Part shown: piece by piece, positions 53,125-64,000 of the stretch
How the letters are laid out: each line of letters opens with the position of its first letter
Numbering within the stretch: the stretch's first letter is position 1
DNA from: Enoplolaimus lenunculus
Taxonomy: Eukaryota
Length of the DNA stretch: 64,000 bases
Assembly: GCA_030248215.1 (NCBI GenBank)
Contig: JASANG010003984.1
Location: 62,001-126,000, forward strand
Direction: 5' to 3'
Translations under genes and position numbers: made by a program
Notes under the pieces: generated by a model
The model's input: the letters and a program-made list of their open reading frames with translations, nothing else
The model's database searches: none
Told to the model about the DNA's origin: nothing

Positions 53125-55842
53125 ATAATGATGGTATATGCTCTCTGTTTTGAGTTCCAATTGGTGGAACAGTAGTGCTACAATGGTATGAGAAGGATCT
53201 ACATAACAGTTAACGATAGCTGTATAATGATGATTTTGGTTTCGTGTGAAACCGTGTTTGATTTAAACTTATGCGTCCCTCGGGATAAATTTTCCCAGGT
53301 TATCGAGTGGCAAATTTTAATATTCTCAAGCGTCAATCCTACCTTAACATAACATTGAAAACAGACATACTATGATGTGTCAAATAGAAACGCGAGTTAG
53401 CGTAACGTTATATCGGTTTTCATTATTTAGACAATGTTGACGAATGGAAATTTTGAAATTTTACTTTACTTACAGCAACCATAATATGTCGTTTCTAGTG
53501 CCTGGCTGGGAGAGGTTATTATGAATTCGCGTTATCATTATACTAGTCAATTCGACCTTTGTGTTAAGTCTGTGGCGATGTCTCGTGCAACTGGACGGCA
53601 AGCTCTGAAAAAGTGGCCTACACACAAAATAAATTGTCTTATATCCACGAACTATTGTCTGAACTTCATGACTATTATGTCTTAATACAGACTTCAGACA
53701 TATATGTGTTGAATTCCAGGACTTATATTTGTTAAATTTTTCAGAAATATGGGTCGGAAAATTTTCAAACTGAAATTTAAGACTTTGTTTCCTGAATGAC
53801 TAATGTCCCATTTACACGTGCAAGTTTTTGCAGCGAGAACTTGCAGCTGCACCTTGCACGAAATATTTGCAGCTGCAAGTATTTTCAAAGGAAGATTCCG
53901 ATCGACCAATCAAACTGCAGGCGCAAGAAATTCAAGCGACTTGCAACTGCAATCACAGGTGCAAATAACATTATGTAGCATGAACTACAGTGAATAATCT
54001 GTGGGGTTGCATGGGACATGCTGTCCCATGTTGATTCCACATCAACTACAGAATTGGTCAACCATATATAAGGTCAGCAGAACAACTGAATTTCATACCA
54101 CAATGATGTACAAATCCCTGTTGTCATGTCAACTACACATACATGTGTGCTAGTGTCATATGATATAAGAGGACGTTATAGTGAATATCATATGATATTC
54201 CCAATTTAGTACGAATATATGACATTCAACTGACAGCTGCATAACAACATATGACTCTGCGGACAATGATAACTGTCGCAAGTTCTTTGCTGGACTACTA
54301 GGCGAGATCTGAATACTCAAAACGACGCACTAAATTTTATGCAGAATATGTCAGGCGTTTGAACTAAAGCTCAAATACTAAAGGTTTTTTACACCCGCCT
54401 TTTGAGTCCGCCTGCGAATTTCATACGATGCTAGCATTCCTGTCTGTCAATATCATATGACATTCGGCATACACAATACCTAGATATGTAATACATACAC
54501 GGACACCTGTCAAATTGTAATACGGGGTCGACAGACAACAGGGAGAATGCCATGTGACATCGACATAGTACAACGTTGTGATTCGGTTATGGTACATATT
54601 AGCAGACAAGTGCGGTTTTTGGAATGTGATATAGGGTGACTAACCAGACAAAATGCTACTCAATGTTTTGATAGGGACAAATCGTGTCACTCGCTTCCCA
54701 AGTTTTAACGCGAACCCCGCATCAATTGTGGTTGCACTTTGTTTAAAATTTCGTGTACATTTAACTGTATTAAATAAACGACTGTAAATCTGTAAATAAT
54801 CCGAGTAACTAATCGATGTTTGCTCCTGAACACAAATTTGAAAAGACGCGAATTCGAATTTAAGCGTTACACGACTGGATCTCGAGGTTTCGACAATCAA
54901 TGCAATGTTCAGGATATCTGCAAACTATGATTTCTTGTATATTCTTCCGTTTTCAGTTGTTGCATACTACCAGGCTTTCGGACTACGTACTTTCGTAACA
55001 CAAATATTATGTTCAAGTCAATTTCTGTTGTGGAACACCATAAGTATCAGGGTGCAAACGATAATCTAATATCCGGCTGAGCCTGATAATTCAAATCTAA
55101 TGCTAGATTGCTTTCAAATATCAGAACGTGGCTAACATGTTTCCTTCAGTGGCCGGAGGCATCCGAAGTGTTTACGTGACAAAGTTTAACATTTCACACT
55201 GATTCATAGGCTTAGCCTTATGAATTGGAATATGCTGATTGCTGAGAGGTTACGCCCAATAAAACTGGTGAGCCTCATGATACTATAGATTGGGTCCTGA
55301 AGATTTGGACCAATATTACTTTTAGCAATATAAAACAGACAAAACATGTGGCTAAGTTTAAGTTTCCTCAGCATAAACACAAGTCTAAAACAAAGCTTAA
55401 GCCTAAAGCCGAAGCAAAACAATGAGTCTATAAACTATTAAACTATAATAAGCCTGCTCAATTGCGGTCTAGTGAGAAAGCGGGCGGTAGCGAATTCGAA
55501 CCATGTATAGAATGGCCGGATAGATTTCCGGAGGGGCTATAATAGAATCAGTTTAAGCTTTAGACTATTTTTTTGCTTAAGCTTAGGAATAGGCTCATCC
55601 ATACGCTTAGGGTTAGGAATTCGTTTACTACTATTCCGGTCGTTCTATACATGGGCCGCGAATCCAAGCGGGGGTGTATGGGCGTGCTACCCCCAGCAGT
55701 AATATTTTTGGGATAAAATGGTAAATGTCCCTACCTTACAATTTTGTCCCTCGTAATGTTTTTGTGATAAAATTATATGGTCCCGTCCTTGCAATTTCCC
55801 CCTCAGAAAGTTTTGTGGTAAAAAATGAATAGGTCCCTTCTA

Positions 55843-56036
55843 CACTGTAAAAAATGGTGAGTCAAATGGACTCTCCGAAATAGGCTTTTCCGGACTACAC
55901 AAACGAAGTCAAAATTCGACTCCGCAAGAATCAAATTCAACTCAATGAATCGCTCAGTGAGTCCAATATGACTCAGTTTGTGGACTCCGGAAAAGCCTAT
56001 TTCGGAGAGTGATTTGACTCACAATTTTTTGCCGTG
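55843..56036. mobile_element. Palindromic CACTG-terminal MITE
   Basis: Long TIRs flanked by TA; same family as 62064-62262 and 63635-63822. Confidence 0.75.
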
Positions 56037-57688
56037 TATCTTGCATACTTCCCAAGAAAATTTTTTGGTGAACAATTGCGTTTCAAAAGATTCACCTGCT
56101 CGCCCACCGTCAGAAATTTCTGGATTCGCCGCTGAAAGCGGGGCACGACTCAAAAGTAGCATGGGTTTATTAATCAGTAGCAATCTTGCAATCCGAATTG
56201 TATGTTTTACGCTCTTAACAATTAGCTTGTGGGACATGGTACTTCCTTTAGAGCAACAAGCTAAAACAAGTGCCCAAGAAACGAAAATTGAGGTTGGGAA
56301 ATAAAAAAACGCGAAATCGACTTTTGAAGATCCGAAATAGAAAAGTTAATTTCGGATATCCGGCAACAATTGCCGGATTGGAAAAAATCCGATTCCCATA
56401 ACTAAAGAACATACTGTTTTGTAGCTACATACGTCTTGTGCACCTCTGGTATTGGTTATATTGAATAATCTATACTAATATTGAAGCAGGTTATACAAGT
56501 TCCTCGAGGACTTTTCTGGTTCATATGTAAAAGATTTTGTGAACAGCCCAGCACATCACACACGCAGATGTTTTAATTATACATTTGCTTCATTCACATT
56601 AATATATTGGCATAAAAAATAATTGTCAAAATTACGAAGAACCGTAATTTTAGTTAAACGAAAATTCCTGGCCCATGCAATATAGATGTGTGGCGGACCG
56701 TTTTTGCGCGAGACGGATATGCAGTAAAAGCTTTAGACTATTTTTTACTTAGGCTTAGGTATAGGTCTAGTCTTATCCTTACCCTGGCCCATGTAGATCA
56801 CGGGCGGAACGTATTTCTTCTGGATTAGAAAAGAGTAAGCTTACACTTTAGACTAATTTTTTATTTCTAGCCAAACAAGTTTAAGTTTCGCAGAAAACCG
56901 CTCGTTTCTCAGCCCCACGCGCAAAATTTCATTTGCTACTAAAGATAATGCGTTATCAAATGGAATCACTGTCGCAGACAACAACTAAACTATCTAATTT
57001 CGCGTCCTCTCCAATATGTCTTGTTGATCTCTGGCTCAGGTTTCAGTTTTGGTACTTTTCACCTCCGGTTGCACCCTGCACTGTCATATCAACTAAATAA
57101 TGTCAATAACCGTGAGTTGTGAATAAATTCTGCCACCCAGTGCATCGTCATTATTATCGCAGCACTATTTCCTAACGACAATCGGAACAGCATCGTTAAG
57201 AGAAATTTCACGTATCCCAAGTTCCGCAACGTCTATTTCAATCGACTGACTGTAGCCACTAGAATGCTGACGAGTGGGGTGCAAGTCCAACCACAAACTG
57301 GACAGCGTTTTTGCGCTTTCTGCCTTTGCTATGTGCGTGTGTATGTAGTACATTTAAATGCAAAAATATGTGATTTAGATACCATACTTTGATAAACATT
57401 TTATGCACAACGTTGAAACTGGTGTAAATTATGTTTAATAATCAGAAATTGTACATTTTGTGTTTGTTTTGCAAGGGGTTTGGGAAAAGTAGGAAGAGGT
57501 CAATTAGGGGAAGGGGTCGGAGTGAGGGGAGCTAGAAGGTACGTGGCAGCTCCACCTTCTCGGTAAGAAAACCGCAGAAACCGTACCGTATCTGTTATCT
57601 ACAAAATGGAACAGAGTATTACAAAATACTGGAGCAGGATGATGTCCATTTTTTGTTAAAGTTGGTTTTTGATTGAACCAGATGTCTA

Positions 57689-59219
57689 CTACAATGTCTG
57701 TGGTAGCAATTGGTCTGCCCTCAATTGAGTTTGGGCAATATCGGCCAAGGCGTCTTGGACACGTGAAAGCAATCGCTCACCGTCACGCACTGATTCTTCC
57801 AGTTTTCGTGCCGCATCTTGGTTTCGGGTTTCAAGTAGCTCTAGACCACTTGTCTGTAAAAATTACAATGATGATAAATATCTGATATGTTTATGGCAAC
57901 ATAAGTGCTGTCTCTCAATTTTATTGCAATAAATGCAACTATGTAAGAAAAACTTCATTACAATCAATTTTGAAGATCCGTTAGTTATATCACTGTACTC
58001 GAACCTGAATGATTGGATAATGTATAATTTTAAATTCGTGTAACTCTAAAACTCGCGTATTAAACGTAATCAGCTTTGATACAAATTTACGTACAAAGAC
58101 AATGATTAGTGATCAGCTTTTCTCTACATTACTATATGGACTTGTAACAGATTATATTGCTTAAAAAGCATTTAATAAGAAACCTTCGAAACTACCTGAA
58201 GCTCTTTTGAAGATTCTTCACTAGGTAAAGAATCTATTAAAATATCAATATCTTTTGCAGTTCGTGCGATTAATTGCGCAAAGAGTTGTGCGTTTTCTGT
58301 AACGAATGACTGTAATTCTAAATATACCCTGAAAGGAGAGGTGTCCCGAGTTCTGGCCTCGGCTCCGCGGCCATACGGTACATGGAAAACCCGAGAAAGA
58401 AGCAAATCCTCCACAGCAGAAATAAATATACCTACTACGAGATGTTGTTTGTATAGATTCTAATTCGCCTGCAAGTGATTGTACCACTTCACTCAGTCGA
58501 GGATTTAGCTTGAAATGCCAGCACGAGTAACACAAATATAAGCTCCCTGTAAAATTTGCCTAGGTCCATACAAATACGTTATAAATACGTGTATATGTGT
58601 TTACATGCGATCGTATGTACCTGAGAGAAACTAACTCATTGTTGATAAACGATTATGCCAATTTCAACAAAGTAAAAAATGATAGAGTATTTAATTCTGA
58701 TGGTTTTACTTGAATGACTAATACAAATATACGGTTCCTTGGCAAGCGGGTGAAGTGTAATATGTAATGTAAACACGTACCTTCCTTTTGAATCGCCTCA
58801 ATTCCCGAATTTTTGTTGAAGCCAAACGGTGGTGCTGTTTGCTGCAAAACCCCAATGCTATTACACATATGATTTGCAAGCTAAAATAAAATAAAGAACA
58901 AACTGAACTCTATCAGCAAAATCAAACAGCAATAGACATTGTTATAATGTCGCCTATAGACTTCTAGCTGACCATTCCTTAAAAAACGATAAAATGTGCA
59001 GTGCTGTTTTGTAAGAAGCAAGCAGGCTAATTTACGCGGTGTCACACAAGGGGTCACAATCTCTGATCTCTGGCATTAAACTTTTCCGTTTTAAAAACTA
59101 GGTACCTAAAAATTGATTTTTCATCACGAGGTCATTATAATTTATTAATTCAAGCATTCGAAAATAAAGGGACTAACCTCATTTACACAGTCTTGAAGTT
59201 GTGACAAACGGTCACACAT
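57689..59219 (-). CDS. MED21: Mediator of RNA polymerase II transcription subunit 21 (Srb7), ~135 aa, 4 exons
   Basis: Exons 59219-59178 ([14 protein letters not shown]), 58880-58781 ([18 protein letters not shown]), 58296-58196 ([28 protein letters not shown]), 57853-57689 ([13 protein letters not shown]); GT-AG and in phase. Confidence 0.93.
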
Positions 59220-60344
59220 AACTTCAATAATGAGTTCACATTTTTTGAGTAAATAACATAGAAAGCTAAAATAAGATAAAGAAGCACCATCGTAACGAAT
59301 CACTAACGACGGGTAACTTTAAACTAACCCATGCTGGTAGCCTCTTTGCTACATATAGATAGCAATCATTTGTTGAAAGGAAGTGTTGCTTTAATATACT
59401 GCATCAAAATTTAGATTGTTCAAAACTGTTATGAAAAGTTTTGCGTTCTGCACGAAGATTTTCTTCCTATTTCCTGTCTATTAAACCGCGCTGAGTGCTG
59501 TAGTCCAAAGCTAGCCTTCTTCGCTCAACATCTATGACTTTTCGGCCTCTCCACTATCTCTAACTATACTCCTACATTAATCCAGCAAAATTACTTTTCT
59601 GTTTGTGTATCAAATTTATTTAGCTAAGTGATTAAAAAGCCCAGTTAATAAAACACGAAAAAGGTTCGCCACAGGGAATGAATGATGTAACCGGATAGCT
59701 ACTTGCCTGGTTTAAAGCTTTAGATTTCCTGGTTAATATTTGCACCTTTACTTTTACCGGCGACAATAATAAAACATCATTGAAACTTTTACTTCAACAT
59801 TCCTTTCCCGTTTCCATTATTCTGATCATTGCACATTTCTGTTCATGTGTATTATCCGTTTACACCCTGGTATGCGGGTTAACAAGGAAAATTTTTTGAT
59901 AGATTGGCAGCCGCTGGAGGTGTGAACTGTCTCGTTTTAATTTTACCCCTGTCCTCCAAAAGCTATAATTAGTGCATACTTCTAGTCGCCGCAGATTGTT
60001 TAGAAAAATTAAAGTGTCTGTTGAAAACCTCTGATTAAAAGTGAAAAGTGCAAAATTTATATAAATTCTTGACTTAAGTTGGAATTCGTCTTTAAATCAT
60101 GTTTCTCCAACCGGATCCTTAAACTTGCAAACCCAAAAACTTTCCCAATTGACTTGTTTTTAGAAAAGTCTGTACTTTCTTGTAGAATCTTAATAGCTGG
60201 TCGCGGACATAATAGAGTTTCGCGTAGACTCTATCAGGACAAGACTGTTTTGCAGTATCCCTGTCTGGACATTGAAATGTTTGACTACCAATGTAGTGCA
60301 CAATATTTTTATGTCACAGACACACCAGGGACACCGCTTAAACA

Positions 60345-61400
60345 AATTTTAGCGTGAAATTAAAACTTTGGCGGGAAAATCAAATTTTGGCAAGAAAATA
60401 AAAATTTTGGCCACAAATTTTATCTCTTCGCGGGAAATTCATTTTTGGCATAAAAATTTAAAGTTTTGACTTGAAGTTCAAATTTGGCCGGAACATTAAA
60501 ATTTTTGCTGCAAATTTAACTTCTGTTAGAAAAATATAAATTTTGGCGAGAAATTTATATTTTGGCGGGAATTTCTAATTTTTGCAGGGTAAATCCAAAT
60601 TTCGAAAGGAAAATTTAAATTATGACAGGAAATTGAAATTTCGACGGGAAAATTATTAGTTCTTGGCCAGAAATTCGGTTTTTTGAGGGTGACGGTATAT
60701 GTGCACGTAAGTGTGTGTAAAGAAAATGTTGCCATGCCTGTGCACATATACCGGTATAAGAAGTTGTTGCAACGACCGCGTAGTGTAGTGGTAGCATGCT
60801 TGGCTCGAGCGCAAGAGGGCCGAGGTTCGATTCCCGGCGTGGTCATTAACTTTGGGCAAAACTTCAAACAGGGGTCGTGCAGACCGTTAGTACCAACATG
60901 GAGGTCCCACCGAGACGGGCACTGCAAACAGCAAGCCCATGAATTCGGGTAGTTGGATTCGCGGTCCGGGACGATCGCCTGTAAAAACGAGGGATGTCGG
61001 TATATGTGCACGTAAGTGTGTGTAAAGCAAATGTTGCCATGCCTGTGCACATATACCGGTATAAGAAGTTGTTGCAACGACCGCGTAGTGTAGTGGTAGC
61101 ATGCTTGGCTCGAGCGCAAGAGGGCCGAGGTTCGATTTCCGGCGTGGTCATTAACTTTGGGCAAAACTTCAAACAGGGGTCGTGCAGACCGTTAGTACCA
61201 ACAGAGGGAAATTCAAATTTTGGCGGTAAAATTCACATGTTTGCAAAAAAATCAAATTTTGGGGACAAAATTCTAATTTTGATAGGGAAATTCAAATTTC
61301 GGCGGGAAAATTTAAATTTTGAGGGAAAATTCAGTTTTTGGCCGGAAATTTAAATTTCGGCGGCAAAATTTAAATTTTGGCGTGAAAATCAATTGTTTCG
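60345..61400. repeat. Degenerate ~21-bp AT-rich tandem repeat (aaaattcaaattttggcggg-like) interrupted by TRIM copy 2
   Basis: Units on both sides of 60690-61203. Confidence 0.75.
60690..61203 (+). mobile_element. TRIM with tRNA-like sequence in both LTRs, copy 2
   Basis: LTRs 60690-60898 and 60995-61203 (209 bp, TG...CA); PBS tggaggtcccaccgaga at 60899; purine tract aaaaacgaggga; TSD gaggg on both sides. Confidence 0.93.
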
Positions 61401-62063
61401 GTAAATTGTGATTTTAACACGAAAAAAAACATTTACTGTAAAAATACTATGCCATTTTTCGTATATGCCCTAAAAATTACATGCAAAAAACAAAATAAAT
61501 TTATGACATTTACCGCTTTGTAGGGAGACAATGGATGTGCTGAGTGCACGTATGATAAACGTGTGATTGACACAACAGGGAAAATTGCTGCAACGCATCA
61601 CTGGTTTTCTTGAAGGTTTTCCGGAACGAATCCCTATCTTCATTAATAACGCGCTAGAAAAATTCAAATTAACTTGACATATAGTTCTGCAATCTGTATT
61701 ATATATCCAAGTCGCAATTCGTTTATATATACAGCGTTCACACTGGCGTTAAGACATTTCAGCGGCAGCGTTATAGAGTGCGTACCTGATACTCTTCTTA
61801 TCACTTTCACAAAGGTTACAGCAGTTTTTTTTCGTATATATTTATTTATTTTAGCGGTTCACAGCACAATATAATAGCTACAGTTTTATAGGCACATTTC
61901 ATTTGGCTCCGTTTTACTATATTTAATCAGGTTTTCGTTTGAAAACATTGTCGCTTAAATTGATAACGGGAAAAACATTAAAGTTTCTGGAATTGTTCGA
62001 ATTGTGCGCCTGCACTACCTGACACCAAATGATAAACCAGTATTTTGTTTTGCTTTATATATA

Positions 62064-62262
62064 CACTGCAAAAAATGGTGAGTCAAGTTGACTCTCTCCG
62101 AAATAGGCTTTCACTGACTACACAAACTGAGTCAAAATTCGACTCCGCCAGAGTCAAACTGTGTCGAACTTTACTCAGGCGAAGTCGAATTTTGACTCAG
62201 TTTTTGTAGTCAGGTAAAGCCTATTTCGGAGAGAGTCAATTTGACTCACCATTTTTGCAGTG
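62064..62262. mobile_element. Palindromic CACTG-terminal MITE
   Basis: ~85-bp TIRs (cactgcaaaaaatggtgagtcaa...), TA on both sides. Confidence 0.85.
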
Positions 62263-62720
62263 TATATAGTAAAACCATGACTTTGACCCAAATAAAAATC
62301 ATGGGTAATACGATTTTTTGCGTGTTAAAGCATAAAGATTTAGACTATTTTTGTGCTTTGGATTCGACTTTAGGCTCATGCTTTAGTCTAAATATTTGCT
62401 AATATTTTAGATAGGTAGACAGTAAAACCGGTCGCAACTACAACTCAATATGTTCGACTGTGAATGATAGTCAGCGATCTACAAGGTCTTCATTAAATTT
62501 TTGCGCAGCTGGAGAATATCGAACTGATTGATTCTAACTAGAAAATTTTCAACCTTGCTTGTATTAAGTCAAAGAAAAACCTTGAATGCCCCTCGTAAAA
62601 ATTTGCCTCCCCTTGCAAAGGTGAGCTGGTTTTACAGGCCTGCCCCATTTCGGCAAGCTTACAATTCAACTTTCAGAATAGGTACTTAATCATGAATAAT
62701 AGCTTGACTCTTGATATTCA

Positions 62721-62984
62721 ATGAAGCCATTATGGATTGTAGCGGCGCTATTGCCTGCGCTATATACTGGCATGGTAGGCCTTCAAATTCCAATCTTGAA
62801 CAATTCACAAGGAGTCATTGAAGCTGCAGTGTTTGGCGAACCCTTTCAATCTGGAGAGATCTTACAACGTGGGTTGTGTACTGGCTTGAACTGTAACCCA
62901 TGGCTTTGGTCAAGTTTAGTAATGATGTACCACGTTGGAATGGTATTCGGCGGAGTGTTTTCGAGCCAATGGGCAGATAGATAT
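62721..62984 (+). CDS. Probable first coding exon of an SLC2A/GLUT-like MFS sugar transporter; gene continues downstream
   Basis: TM1, loop, WSSLVMMYHVGMVFGG TM2, then ADRY (start of the MFS D-R-x-G-R-K motif); exon end uncertain. Confidence 0.55.
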
Positions 62985-63634
62985 GTTAAGTTATTAAGGT
63001 TTATGAAATCTTTGACTTATATAATTTTGAAAATTTAGCTTGCTTTTATTTGATATATATCGTAAACATATCATGGCCTATGACTTTAATGGGCGTAACA
63101 GTAAATTAAGCGTATTTCTAAGCCTAAACCTAAGCCTAAGCCTAAAACCGAAGCAAAAAATGTAATTTAGAATCTAAACTTACTTTTTACGGACCCACCA
63201 AAAACCTGGACGCCCCTTGAAGTAACATGGGTCCATATCATAATGCAACTGGAATTACTGTTTGAGTGAATCCGGTATTTTTCATCAGAATGTGGTTATT
63301 CTTGGTGTTGGTGTTAATTCTGAGTTTCAAAAAATGTGGAACTTTTTGACTATTTTTTCTTGTTAGAACTAAAAATAGTTAGCTTGGTTACTTACCTATC
63401 ATTATGCAACCGGAATTGCAGTTTCCGTATGAAATCCGGTACATTTTTTCACCAAATTTTCCGGCATTCTTGGCATTTGTGTTCATAATTCTGAGTTTCG
63501 AAAAATGAAAGCTGAATTTTTTTGACTATAATTTTTTCTGTTATAGCAGTAAAATAGTATGACACTGTAGAAATCTAAAATATTTCACAAAATTTCTTCA
63601 AAGTATCGAATTAAATAAACGCTTTAAAAAAGTA

Positions 63635-63822
63635 CACTGCAAAAAATGGTGAGTCACATTAACTATCTCCGAAATAGGCTCTACGGAGCTACACAAACTG
63701 AGTCAAATTTGACTCACTTAGTCGCACGTTTAACTCTGGCGGAGTCGAATTTGACTCAGCTTGTGTAGTCCCGTAGAGCTTATTTCAGAGAGAGTCAATT
63801 TGACTCACCATTTTTTGCAGTG
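63635..63822. mobile_element. Palindromic CACTG-terminal MITE
   Basis: Long TIRs, TA on both sides. Confidence 0.85.
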
Positions 63823-64000
63823 TATGAACAGTAAAAAAGTTGCACCAACTTATAAAATGATAGCAGGAGTCCTGTATTTATGTAAATCTTAACTTATTTT
63901 AGGACGCAAATCCGCCCTTATGCTATCTTCGAACGCGTTTATCCTACTCGGATCTGTATTTTGTTTCACAGTATGGGTAGTCCCGTCAATAACGTGGATG

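Overview
AT-rich, intron-containing animal (invertebrate) genomic DNA, not prokaryotic. The first ~27 kb shows no recognisable coding exons and is packed with MITEs and tandem arrays. Host genes reconstructed by hand: SMG9 (minus strand, 14 coding exons, 27764-43101), GCLM (plus strand, 3 exons, divergent from SMG9), a putative TM/coiled-coil gene, MED21 (minus strand, 4 exons) and the first exon of a probable SLC2A/MFS sugar transporter. An SMG9 intron holds a nearly intact PHD-APE-RT-RNaseH LINE, itself inserted in a DINE-1/HINE-like element. The standout is a ~512-bp non-autonomous LTR retrotransposon (TRIM) in two copies (44428-44939, 60690-61203). Each has ~209-bp TG...CA LTRs containing a 72-nt tRNA-like sequence, a tRNA-Gln primer-binding site, a short PPT and a perfect 5-bp TSD. 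One copy ends 20 bp upstream of the GCLM start codon.
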